A stretch of DNA of 62,767 nucleotides, taken from NCBI GenBank assembly GCA_009785595.1, contig WQVZ01000002.1, positions 1-62,767 on the forward strand, in the 5' to 3' direction. The notes under the pieces are model-generated. The model made no database searches. It worked only from the letters and a program-made list of their open reading frames with translations, and had not been told where the DNA came from. Positions 18,306 to 26,844 of this stretch are shown here, one piece after another (within the stretch, counting starts at the first letter, position 1; every line of letters starts with the position of its first letter). The stretch is from Defluviitaleaceae bacterium (lineage in GTDB: Bacteria; Bacillota; Clostridia; Lachnospirales; WRAX01). The position numbers and the translations under genes were made by a program.

Positions 18306-19589
18306 TTATGCCTCCACTGCCACCGGAAGATCCTCGGTGGTTATACGCTTTATATTAGCACCCAGGGCTGCCAGCTTTTGCTCAAGATTTTCATAACCCC
18401 GGTCTATATAATGTATATTGGATATTTTTGTAATGCCTGTGGCGGCCAGGGCGGCTATCACCAAAGATGCACCGGCGCGCAGGTCTGTAGCCAAAACTTC
18501 TGTACCAGTAAGGCGCACGGGGCCTTCCACCACGGCCATGCGGCCGTCAATTTTAATTTTTACTCCCATGCGGCTAAGCTGCTCCACATATTGAAAGCGA
18601 TTGGGAAAAACGGATTCTGTCACATATGAAGTACCCTCGGCCCGCGCCAGCAATGTGGTCATTTGAGGTTGCAAGTCTGTGGGAAAACCGGGATAATAAT
18701 GGGTTTTTACATTGGCGGCAGCCAGTTGCTTTGCGGCTGTAACTCGCACCCAGTCGCCGCCTTCTTGTATCTGGCAACCCATTTCGGCCAACTTTGCGGT
18801 CAACGAGTCCATATGCTTTGGAATAATATTGCAAACAGTAACATCACCGCCAGTTATGGCGGATGCTATCATATATGTACCGGCTTCTATTTGGTCGGGA
18901 ATAATAGTATATGTACAGCCCTTTAGGGCATTTGTACCTGTAATACGTATAATATCTGTGCCTGCGCCCTTTATGCTGGCACCGCACATATTAAGGAAGT
19001 TAGCACAGTCTACGATGTGGGGCTCCTTGGCGGCATTTTCTATGGTGGTGACGCCTTCGGCGTAAACAGCGGCCAGCATTATGTTTATGGTTGCGCCAAC
19101 AGATGCTACATCCAGATAGATATTTGCGCCAACAAGCTTTTCGGCGCATACTTTTATGGTGCCATGCTCTATGGAAACCTTTGCGCCCAGGGCTTCAAAG
19201 CCTTTGATATGCTGGTCTATGGGGCGCAGACCAAAATTGCAACCCCCGGGAAGAGGAACTTCCACGTGACCCATGCGGCCCAACAACGCGCCCAGTATGT
19301 AATAAGATGCCCGCATATCTTTAAGCAGGTCTGATGAGATACTGGCAGCACTTATTTTGCGGGTATCTATTTGAAGTGTAGATTTATCTAAAAATTTGCA
19401 CTTGGCACCCATTTTGCGCAAAACCTGCACAAAATTGGTTACATCCTCGATGACGGGAAGATTTTCCAATATACAAATGCCGTTAGAGGCAAGGGTAGCG
19501 GGAATAATAGCCACAGCGGCGTTTTTCGCGCCGCTGATGCTTACTTTGCCCACTAATGGGTTTTGTCCGACTATAACAAAATGGTCCAT
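18306..19589 (-). CDS. murA: UDP-N-acetylglucosamine 1-carboxyvinyltransferase (copy 1)
   Basis: MDHFVIVGQNPLVGKVSISGAKNAAV..., with the active-site loop PGGCNFGLRPID. Confidence 0.9.
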   Translation of the reverse strand: MDHFVIVGQNPLVGKVSISGAKNAAVAIIPATLASNGICILENLPVIEDVTNFVQVLRKMGAKCKFLDKSTLQIDTRKISAASISSDLLKDMRASYYILGALLGRMGHVEVPLPGGCNFGLRPIDQHIKGFEALGAKVSIEHGTIKVCAEKLVGANIYLDVASVGATINIMLAAVYAEGVTTIENAAKEPHIVDCANFLNMCGASIKGAGTDIIRITGTNALKGCTYTIIPDQIEAGTYMIASAITGGDVTVCNIIPKHMDSLTAKLAEMGCQIQEGGDWVRVTAAKQLAAANVKTHYYPGFPTDLQPQMTTLLARAEGTSYVTESVFPNRFQYVEQLSRMGVKIKIDGRMAVVEGPVRLTGTEVLATDLRAGASLVIAALAATGITKISNIHYIDRGYENLEQKLAALGANIKRITTEDLPVAVEA

Positions 19590-19703
19590 TTTAAAGAACA
19601 CATCCTTAGCAAATTTAGTTATTCTTTTGTATTATAACATCAATTTGTTATTTATTCAACAATGAATTTTTGTAGGCCATGGACAACCACGTTGATGTTT
19701 ATG

Positions 19704-19730
19704 CGGGCGACCGTCCTGGTCGCCCCGACA
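19704..19730 (-). repeat. REP-like GC hairpin, copy 6
   Basis: CGGGCGACC-GTCCT-GGTCGCCCCGACA. A degenerate head-like TGTAGGCC lies 30 nt upstream. Confidence 0.55.
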
Positions 19731-19836
19731 AAGCACTGGGTGTGTGGCGTCCCGCTTTAAATCAAGGCTGCTTGGCCGTCGCCTTTTGCAGATTGTAGCT
19801 TGCACACAAAGTACCGTGGTCTCGTGGAATAAAAGC

Positions 19837-19865
19837 TTGCATTGTTCGCCATGTTGTGATATAAT
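19837..19865 (+). promoter_or_regulatory. sigma-A type promoter of the rpsF-ssb-rpsR operon
   Basis: TTGCAT, 17 nt, then TGA-TATAAT, followed by a structured leader of about 65 nt. Confidence 0.5.
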
Positions 19866-19934
19866 GCCTATTTGTACCACAGCCTTGCTCTTTGCAGTGA
19901 CAAAGGGCCAAAGACCAAAAGGAGGTGTGCTTTA

Positions 19935-20228
19935 ATGCACAAATATGAAATGGGGATAATTATTAATTCCCAGCTGGAAGAAGAGGCCATACAGGCCGAG
20001 CAGGAACTTGTAACGGAGCTTATAACCCGCTTTGGCGGCGTTATTGAGAAAGTTGACGTATGGGGCAGGCGCAAGCTGGCATATGAAATACAAAAGATGG
20101 GCGAAGGCTTTTATGTTTTCTTTTACGTCGACGGCCCGCCAACCATGCCGCGTGAGGTCGAAAGCCGCATTAATATCAGAGAAAATATAATCCGTCACTT
20201 GATTATACGCAGAGACGACATTGCGTAA
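19935..20228 (+). CDS. rpsF: 30S ribosomal protein S6
   Basis: MHKYEMGIIINSQL...WGRRKLAYEI. AAAGGAGGTG RBS. Confidence 0.9.
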   Translation: MHKYEMGIIINSQLEEEAIQAEQELVTELITRFGGVIEKVDVWGRRKLAYEIQKMGEGFYVFFYVDGPPTMPREVESRINIRENIIRHLIIRRDDIA

Positions 20229-20240
20229 GGGGGAGACGTT

Positions 20241-20756
20241 ATGAACAAGGTCATGTTAATGGGTCGCCTTACCCGTGACCCCGAAATAAGATATTCTAAT
20301 GCGGCGGAACCTTTGGCCATAGCCCGTTATTCCTTAGCCGTAGACAGACCCATTAGCCGTGAACGTCGTGAACGTGGTGACCAATCTGTAGATTTTATAA
20401 ATTGCACAGCCTTTGGCAGATCTGCCGAATTTGTAGAAAAATACTTCCGCAAGGGCTTGATGGTTGGCATCGTAGGCCGCATACAGGTGCGCAGCTATGA
20501 TGATAACACCGGCCAAAAACGCTGGGCAACTGAGGTTGTCACTGATGAGCATTTCTTCGGCGAAAGCCGTGCCTCTTTTGAGTCCAGAGGCCAAGGTCAT
20601 GACGGCGGACAAAATTATAACTATCAAGGTCAGGGTCAAAACCAAGCCCCAAGCCATGGCGGTGGATATTCACCGCCTGTGCAACAACAACCCCCCGCCG
20701 ATAATTTCTTTGAAGTAGACAGCGGCGGCCTGGACGACAACGACCTGCCATTTTAA
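20241..20756 (+). CDS. ssb: single-stranded DNA-binding protein
   Basis: OB fold (MNKVMLMGRLTRDPEIRY), a Gly/Gln-rich linker and the acidic tail DDNDLPF. Confidence 0.95.
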   Translation: MNKVMLMGRLTRDPEIRYSNAAEPLAIARYSLAVDRPISRERRERGDQSVDFINCTAFGRSAEFVEKYFRKGLMVGIVGRIQVRSYDDNTGQKRWATEVVTDEHFFGESRASFESRGQGHDGGQNYNYQGQGQNQAPSHGGGYSPPVQQQPPADNFFEVDSGGLDDNDLPF

Positions 20757-20786
20757 ATTTTAACCAAATTTTTAGGAGGAAAACAT

Positions 20787-21020
20787 ATGATGCAGCAAAA
20801 AAGACGGGGCCGCAGAAAAAAGAAGGTCTGCGTGTTTACTGTAGAAAAAATCAAATATATCGACTATAAAGACACAAACCGCTTGAAAAAATTTATCTCC
20901 GAGCGTGGCAAAATCCTTCCCAGAAGAATCTCCGGCAACTGTGCCAAGGCCCAGCGTATGCTTACAGTGGCCATCAAGCGCTCACGCCACATGGCTCTTT
21001 TGCCTTATACCCAAGATTAA
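20787..21020 (+). CDS. rpsR: 30S ribosomal protein S18
   Basis: [26 protein letters not shown] motif. Confidence 0.95.
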   Translation: MMQQKRRGRRKKKVCVFTVEKIKYIDYKDTNRLKKFISERGKILPRRISGNCAKAQRMLTVAIKRSRHMALLPYTQD

Positions 21021-21033
21021 TTATAAAAAAACC

Positions 21034-21070
21034 AACCGCCGCTTGTCCTTTGTGGATAGCGGCGGTTTTT
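21034..21070. terminator. terminator hairpin (bidirectional context)
   Basis: AACCGCCGCT...AGCGGCGGTT followed by TTT, preceded by an A-run. Confidence 0.65.
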
Positions 21071-21076
21071 GTATGT

Positions 21077-21268
21077 TCATCTGATATATTTCTCATCGTC
21101 GCTAATTTTGATCTCGCCTTTGTCCAGCTCGTATTCTTCAATGCATTTTTGAGCAAGAAACTCTAGCTGAGCGTTCAAGGAACGGCGATTCTTCCTAGAA
21201 ATATATGTTATCTTTGCCAGCATCTCGATTTCAAAGCGGATTCCCGTCTGCACTCTGTTTGTCGCCAT
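21077..21268 (-). CDS. Arc/CopG-type ribbon-helix-helix DNA-binding protein (orphan)
   Basis: 63 aa with the pattern RFEIEMLAKITYISRKNRRSLNAQLEFLAQ, typical of Arc-like RHH proteins. Local sequence is AT-rich. Confidence 0.55.
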   Translation of the reverse strand: MATNRVQTGIRFEIEMLAKITYISRKNRRSLNAQLEFLAQKCIEEYELDKGEIKISDDEKYIR

Positions 21269-21417
21269 GATAACACCCCTCTAATATTGTGTTACCAATA
21301 TATTATGATAAAGAGTCTTGACTGTATGCAAACAATGTGTTATCATATGTTGGTCGCAACCTTGTTTTGTGGCCGCTAAACTTAATAAGTAAGCGTAAAT
21401 AGCAAGTGACCACCCCA

Positions 21418-21467
21418 TTAGACCTGTTCCGAAACACTGTTGAACCAATTTTTCGGAACAGGTCTAA
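21418..21467. repeat. MITE-like element, short form (M1)
   Basis: Perfect 17-bp inverted repeat TTAGACCTGTTCCGAAA / TTTCGGAACAGGTCTAA with a 16-nt loop. Confidence 0.75.
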
Positions 21468-21491
21468 TTACTAACATTTCTGCGTGCTAAA

Positions 21492-22085
21492 TTAAGGTTG
21501 AGCGGCCGCATCCATCAATTTTCCTTTTTTGCAGTCAAATTCTTCTTGAGTTAAAACTCCGTCATCCAGCAGGATTTTAAGCATAGCAAGCTTATCCTCC
21601 GCGCTTTTGGCGGGCGGTTCGTATCCCGGTGCTGTTTTTTTCTTAAAATAATGCTTTATCTCAAAAATGACCACAACCGCCAGATAACCAAGTGTGACGC
21701 CCGGCAAAAAGCCTATAAATGCGCTTACAAACTCACCCCAGGAAAAATATTGTGCCGAGAAAATTAGACCCATGGCTGCGTTGTAAACAAAGGCTATGCC
21801 CATAAGCACAACATAACCAACAGCATAAAATATAACGTACTCCAATATGCTGCTGTATTTTGACTTTTTTAGGGCAATGCGTTTGTCCAGAAAATAAAAG
21901 GCAACCACGCCAACAATAAGCATTGCGTCTTGGTTTATCAGCCGCATAAGTACGGCCTCGCCAGCACTTCCCAGATCATTTTGATTCATCGCGGCAATGG
22001 TGTTAACCCAATATAAAATTTTGGTAATTGCAAGATATGTAAACAGCATTTCTTTTATTGGCGACCAGCTTTTTTTCGCGCTCAT
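21492..22085 (-). CDS. multi-pass membrane protein with C-terminal SHOCT domain
   Basis: Four or five TM segments. C-terminal KLAMLKILLDDGVLTQEEFDCKKGKL matches the SHOCT motif. Confidence 0.6.
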   Translation of the reverse strand: MSAKKSWSPIKEMLFTYLAITKILYWVNTIAAMNQNDLGSAGEAVLMRLINQDAMLIVGVVAFYFLDKRIALKKSKYSSILEYVIFYAVGYVVLMGIAFVYNAAMGLIFSAQYFSWGEFVSAFIGFLPGVTLGYLAVVVIFEIKHYFKKKTAPGYEPPAKSAEDKLAMLKILLDDGVLTQEEFDCKKGKLMDAAAQP

Positions 22086-22114
22086 TTAAGCCACGCTCCT
22101 TTCTGTTGGTATGT

Positions 22115-22149
22115 AAAATCCCCGCAGGCACAGGGCTTGCGGGGATTTT
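22115..22149. terminator. terminator hairpin
   Basis: AAAATCCCCGCA...TGCGGGGATTTT with flanking A-run and T-run. Confidence 0.65.
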
Positions 22150-22160
22150 TTGCTATGCGC

Positions 22161-22373
22161 CTATTCTTCTACAACAAAATCGTCTTCGCTGCCAAAGGAC
22201 AGCACATCGTCGTCATCATCGTCCAAAATCCACTCTTCGTCCAAAAGCTCTTCTTCCTTCTTGGCCATTTGCACAATGGCAACAATGGCATTAACAATGA
22301 TGCTCACGATAATTAAAATAACTACCGCGGTAAGGATTGGATGGTTGGAACAGCACTTTTTTAACTTTTTCAT
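22161..22373 (-). CDS. small membrane protein with highly acidic C-terminal tail (70 aa)
   Basis: MKKLKKCCSNHPILTAVVILIIVSIIVNAIVAIV... then EEELLDEEWILDDDDDD. AAGAGGTG RBS precedes ATG 22373. Confidence 0.5.
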   Translation of the reverse strand: MKKLKKCCSNHPILTAVVILIIVSIIVNAIVAIVQMAKKEEELLDEEWILDDDDDDVLSFGSEDDFVVEE

Positions 22374-22416
22374 AACGCACACCTCTTTTTTATATATTCT
22401 TATGTTGGTTCCATGT

Positions 22417-22878
22417 TTACTTTGTTCTGCTGCGGATAGACTTGCTGATGCCGGATGCGGTACGTATGGCGTCATATTCCTCATAGGCTTTTAAAATTAT
22501 CTGCTTTTCGTCGTTAAATTTAAGCAGATGATATGCCTCGTGTTTTTTATAAAAGCCCGCATCAGCAAAATGTTCTTCTTGCTGGGGTTTGCAATGAAAG
22601 GACTCGGCAGACATAAGGTACCAGTGTACGGTTTTGTTAACCACATCCTCTGTGCCCTTAAAGGTATATTGGGTTTTGCCAAGATATTTTAAAATTTTGG
22701 CAAAGGCCCTGGTTTCTTCCCGCACTTCCCTAATGGCCGTCTGTCTAAAGCTCTCTTTGGCCTCTACCGTCCCCTTGGGCAGCACCCAACCGATGTATTT
22801 ACCATTTTGATTTTTATATAAAAGAAGAACCTTGCCCTTGTATATCACAACACCCCCGCAACTAATGGTCTCAATCAT
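22417..22878 (-). CDS. NUDIX hydrolase
   Basis: Nudix box PKGTVEAKESFRQTAIREVREETR. Confidence 0.8.
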   Translation of the reverse strand: MIETISCGGVVIYKGKVLLLYKNQNGKYIGWVLPKGTVEAKESFRQTAIREVREETRAFAKILKYLGKTQYTFKGTEDVVNKTVHWYLMSAESFHCKPQQEEHFADAGFYKKHEAYHLLKFNDEKQIILKAYEEYDAIRTASGISKSIRSRTK

Positions 22879-22963
22879 CGCTAGTCAACCTCTCATGTTA
22901 GTCTGCGGATTATCATGTTATCCTAAGTATACCCCTTACCAGAAAATTTTTCAAGCACAAATT

Positions 22964-23647
22964 TTAGTAGCTTGGCTTAAACGGCGACGTCGCCAAATGT
23001 GTCTTGATTTTTCTAAGGCCGTTACGCCAAAACAGCAGCAAAAACGGCACAAAAACCACAAGATAATATGGATGGCCGGACAATAATATAAAATTATAAA
23101 CCCCATGGACGGCCCAGGCGGCAAAAAACGCCGTAAAAAGATGCTGCGCACGTTTGTTGGGTTCAAATTTTGCTAGGGCAAAGTGGTATCCCATAATTAT
23201 GCCGAAAAAACTGTGGCTGGGCACAGAGATAACCGCCCGTCCGAGAGCGGTTTCTAGGCCGCCAAGATGAGGGCTAAAGACATACAGCACATTTTCTACC
23301 CCGGCAAAACCCAGTGATATAAACACCGCATAAACTATGCCGTCCAGTCGTTCGTTAAGGTTATTGTTGCGCCAAACCAAAAAGAAAAGTGCCACAAATT
23401 TAAAGCCCTCCTCCACCAGTGCTGCCACGGCAAAGGAAGAGTACGCGGCCTCGCCCAGCTGGCCGGTTATGGGCATAAAGCGCATCGCAAACCCGCTGGC
23501 CTGCATTATGGGAAATGTAAGCACCGCGCCGATTATAACGCCTACAACCAGCAGCCGCCATGGTTCTTTTTCGTATTTATCTCTCACATACATATACACC
23601 AAGCAAATTAACGTTGGCGCCACGGCAAAAAATCCTAATTTTTCCAC
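22964..23647 (-). CDS. PrsW-family intramembrane metalloprotease
   Basis: EEGFKF motif, conserved His residues (HSFFG, VHGVYN) and multiple TM segments. Confidence 0.75.
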   Translation of the reverse strand: MEKLGFFAVAPTLICLVYMYVRDKYEKEPWRLLVVGVIIGAVLTFPIMQASGFAMRFMPITGQLGEAAYSSFAVAALVEEGFKFVALFFLVWRNNNLNERLDGIVYAVFISLGFAGVENVLYVFSPHLGGLETALGRAVISVPSHSFFGIIMGYHFALAKFEPNKRAQHLFTAFFAAWAVHGVYNFILLSGHPYYLVVFVPFLLLFWRNGLRKIKTHLATSPFKPSY

Positions 23648-23733
23648 GTATTACAGCCTCCACGAGTTCATTGTCTAAGCTAGTGTCGACTATCAGCCGT
23701 ATTTTATACCACAGTCATTGCCATAGTGCGCTT

Positions 23734-24243
23734 TTAATCTAGGGCCTGACAGATCCTAACGTATCCTCTCACATTTTCATATGTTCTTTTGACTATTGCC
23801 GAAACATTATTGAAATTACCTTCTGCCGTTGTTATGAAATGTTCACAAACATCAATAACTATTGCAATGTGGTCATGTTCTTTTTGAGCGAAAATATAGT
23901 CAAACAAAACTATATCCCCTATTTGAGGCTTGTTGCTATGTCCAAACCAACAATTATTCTCCGGCAGCTTCGCCCACTGTTCCCATGCGATACAACCGGC
24001 AAAGCTACAGCTTACGGCCTCGCTCTTGTGTCGCGCAGGTAGCTCATATCCTGCATTTACGCAGCACCAATATACAAATGCGGCACACCAAGCATTATCC
24101 CAACTATTTACGTTCCATGTTTCGGAAGATGGAAATAGGTTCGATATAGGATGTAAGTTTGTAGTTACACCCATGGCATTGCCGTGAAAAAACTTACGAG
24201 CTTCGTTTTTGGCAATATCCGCTAAATGCTTGTTCATATGCAC
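23734..24243 (-). CDS. CHAP-domain protein without signal peptide
   Basis: Cys (WCAAFVYWC) and His (HDHIAIV) CHAP catalytic pattern. No N-terminal hydrophobic segment. The gene is visibly AT-richer than its neighbours. Confidence 0.55.
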   Translation of the reverse strand: MHMNKHLADIAKNEARKFFHGNAMGVTTNLHPISNLFPSSETWNVNSWDNAWCAAFVYWCCVNAGYELPARHKSEAVSCSFAGCIAWEQWAKLPENNCWFGHSNKPQIGDIVLFDYIFAQKEHDHIAIVIDVCEHFITTAEGNFNNVSAIVKRTYENVRGYVRICQALD

Positions 24244-24289
24244 TCCTCAAAATAATTAGTAATGTTTGCTTCACGCCCCAGCAAAATGG

Positions 24290-25417
24290 TTAAGATTTTG
24301 CCTGCTTGTTTTTTCCGGACAGCAAAACACCCATGGCAAAGCCGGTTACAAGCCCGCCAATGTGGGCCATATTAGCCACATTGGGCATGCCCGGCACACC
24401 AGCCATGGTAAAACCCATCAGCACCCCAACGGCTATCATCACGGCCAAAGCGCCCGCATTAAAGCTCTCCACATTCTTTTTGCGTACCTTGGTAAAGGCG
24501 AACAGTGCGCCCATTACGCCGAAGATGGCCCCGGAAGCACCCGCACCCATGGCAAATGGGTTGGCCAGTACCATAGCCAAATTACCTGCAATGCCGCTGA
24601 CCATATATATGGCCAAAAATTTAAAGTGGCCGAAGTATCTTTCGGTTCTTATGCCGAAGAGTATCAGGCTCATAGTGTTAAACAACAGATGCCCAACGCC
24701 AATGTGAAGAAAAATAGGCGTGACAAGTCGGTGGTATTCGCCTAGGGTAAATATGTGGTGGCGGGACGCCGCACCAAAGCGCAGCAGGGTAGCTATATCT
24801 GTGGAACCACCGCCAAGTTCCATAAGGGCAAACAACAGCAGATTTACAGCAAGAATGACGCAAAATAAGATGGGATATTTGGCCACAGGGGTGGCATATG
24901 GGGATGATACAGAATGTTCCACGTGGAACATTTTTTCGTCACCATCTGCGGTTTTTTTACAAATCTCCAGCACCGCCTTTATTTTATCCAAAGCACCATC
25001 CACATTGGCAGGCTGCTTTGTGTTGCGCATAATTTGCGATGTTGATGCATCCAATGCGTAGTATACGTCGTATTTGGGCAGCAAGGCAAATTCGCCACCA
25101 GAATTAACTATTTGCTCCGTATATTGCATATTTTCGCCGCTTATCCTGGTAAATATATTGAAAACTACCGAATGGCGCATATCGTTGCGGCCGGATATTG
25201 CGGCAATGCCCTGGTCTATATGAGCTTTTAATGATGCAAATGCTGAAAAATCTGCAGACGAAAGGTCGTACAGCACATAATAATATGCCATAGACCCGGC
25301 AAATTTGCACCACATTGTTATATTTACCGGGTACGAAAAATGGGCGGGCATGTTTATTTCCTCATAGCCCGCCTGCATCATAATATTTGCGAAATTGGTG
25401 CCAAAGTTCTCCGACAT
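24290..25417 (-). CDS. rhomboid-family intramembrane serine protease with N-terminal soluble domain
   Basis: GASGAIFG (catalytic Ser) and HIGGLVTG (His). The ORF extends to TTG 25519, but ATG 25417 has an AAGGAAG RBS. Start uncertain. Confidence 0.75.
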   Translation of the reverse strand: MSENFGTNFANIMMQAGYEEINMPAHFSYPVNITMWCKFAGSMAYYYVLYDLSSADFSAFASLKAHIDQGIAAISGRNDMRHSVVFNIFTRISGENMQYTEQIVNSGGEFALLPKYDVYYALDASTSQIMRNTKQPANVDGALDKIKAVLEICKKTADGDEKMFHVEHSVSSPYATPVAKYPILFCVILAVNLLLFALMELGGGSTDIATLLRFGAASRHHIFTLGEYHRLVTPIFLHIGVGHLLFNTMSLILFGIRTERYFGHFKFLAIYMVSGIAGNLAMVLANPFAMGAGASGAIFGVMGALFAFTKVRKKNVESFNAGALAVMIAVGVLMGFTMAGVPGMPNVANMAHIGGLVTGFAMGVLLSGKNKQAKS

Positions 25418-25515
25418 GCCATCTTCCTTTGTTTCGTATGTATTGCCCCCTAAAGACGGGCTGGTCATGGCACAAGCCGCCACTGCTCGCTCGTTCTTTA
25501 GGGGGCGCCTTTTAT

Positions 25516-25791
25516 TCAAATAAAAAAACTAAGCCCGTACAGCATCCCTATGCCCGGCAAGCCTAAAAAAGCCACCACGGCTATGGTCAAAAAGTTTATG
25601 CCCACGGCAACACCAAAGCCGCCAAGGGTCATATTTATAACTGCTACGGCTGCAACGCCAAGAATTGCGCGTACAGCAAAGCCCGCTACCTTGCGCAGCT
25701 TATTGTTCACCACCAGCAATCCTAGCAGTATCAGCACGCCAATGGCTATCCATATTATCCCCTGGCTGTCCAAATTTTGCAAAAACTCCAT
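25516..25791 (-). CDS. bofA: pro-sigma-K processing inhibitor BofA
   Basis: 91-aa protein with two or three TM segments. GINFLTIAVVAFLGLPGIGMLY matches the BofA signature. Confidence 0.75.
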   Translation of the reverse strand: MEFLQNLDSQGIIWIAIGVLILLGLLVVNNKLRKVAGFAVRAILGVAAVAVINMTLGGFGVAVGINFLTIAVVAFLGLPGIGMLYGLSFFI

Positions 25792-25816
25792 AAACCCCCA
25801 CCCCTTCGGCTATTGC

Positions 25817-26104
25817 CTAATCCTGAAACATGTCTCCAATAAGCTCCCTTTCCTTGCACTGCTGCAAATAGAACTTATACCGCATGTTTATGGCACTAAT
25901 TTCGTAGATAAAGCTGTCTATCAAAATAGGGTCGGTAACAGAATCCAAAGCACGGTGTATGTTATCCAGGTCTTTTTTCAGTTTATCCAGGGTGGCCAGT
26001 ATAAAGGCATCCTCCGGGTCAAGATGCCGCTTCTTTTTTGCAAATGGTGTGCGCTTTTCCTTTACTGCGGCATTACCGTGATGGTTGTACGCTTGGGCGC
26101 TCAT
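25817..26104 (-). CDS. DUF2508 (YaaL-like) protein
   Basis: DPILIDSFIYEISAINMRYKFYL pattern. Neighbouring bofA is the arrangement I recall for yaaL in Firmicutes. Confidence 0.6.
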   Translation of the reverse strand: MSAQAYNHHGNAAVKEKRTPFAKKKRHLDPEDAFILATLDKLKKDLDNIHRALDSVTDPILIDSFIYEISAINMRYKFYLQQCKERELIGDMFQD

Positions 26105-26132
26105 ATATCCCTCCTATATTTTTCGTAGTTTT

Positions 26133-26160
26133 GCGGACGAATATAAAATCCGCCTCTACA
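26133..26160 (-). repeat. REP-like variant, copy 7
   Basis: GCGGA-(11 nt)-TCCGCCTCTACA. Shorter stem, same tail. Confidence 0.4.
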
Positions 26161-26192
26161 AGAAATATAGTCAGAATTTTCCAATTGTATTC

Positions 26193-26831
26193 CTAACTTT
26201 TGCCAGATTTTCTCTTTCGCAACGAAAACTTGTTTTCCTCGCAACGTAACAACCGCCCGATGTTAGACCTGTGGGTAAAAAAGCCCAATGCAGCCATAAC
26301 CCAAACTACGGCAATAATTGCTATCTGTTGGTGATACATAGCGGCAGTGGCGGCGGCAAGAGTTGTAAATGCCACCAGCGATGCCAGGGACATAAATTTT
26401 ATAGTGATGAGTACAATAAGGCCGATGACGACGACTATGAGCAATATGCGCCAATCGAACATAGCAACCACCCCAAGGCTGGACGCCACACCTTTGCCGC
26501 CTTTAAATTTCAAAAAGAAGGGGAAGTTGTGGCCCAATATGACCCCGAGGCCTGTCAGCAAGCCGGGGAAAAGCTCCATACCCTCCAGCCCTGCAATGCG
26601 CCCATAGAATACGTAATTGGCCAGCATAACCGCCAAAACTGCCTTGGTCACATCCAAAAGCAGCACCACGGCTCCGGCTTTTTTGCCCAGCACCCGCACC
26701 ATATTTGTGGTGCCGGCGTTGCCGCTGCCGTGGTCTCTGATGTCAATTTTGCCGGCGATTTTTCCAACTATGTAGGCCGATTGAAAACAGCCTATCAGGT
26801 AGCCTATTAACATAAACAGCAAATGTAACAT
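26193..26831 (-). CDS. plsY: glycerol-3-phosphate acyltransferase PlsY
   Basis: HGSGNAGTTN motif. Start ATG 26831 follows a GGGGGG RBS. Confidence 0.9.
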   Translation of the reverse strand: MLHLLFMLIGYLIGCFQSAYIVGKIAGKIDIRDHGSGNAGTTNMVRVLGKKAGAVVLLLDVTKAVLAVMLANYVFYGRIAGLEGMELFPGLLTGLGVILGHNFPFFLKFKGGKGVASSLGVVAMFDWRILLIVVVIGLIVLITIKFMSLASLVAFTTLAAATAAMYHQQIAIIAVVWVMAALGFFTHRSNIGRLLRCEENKFSLRKRKSGKS

Positions 26832-26844
26832 AAAAATACCCCCC

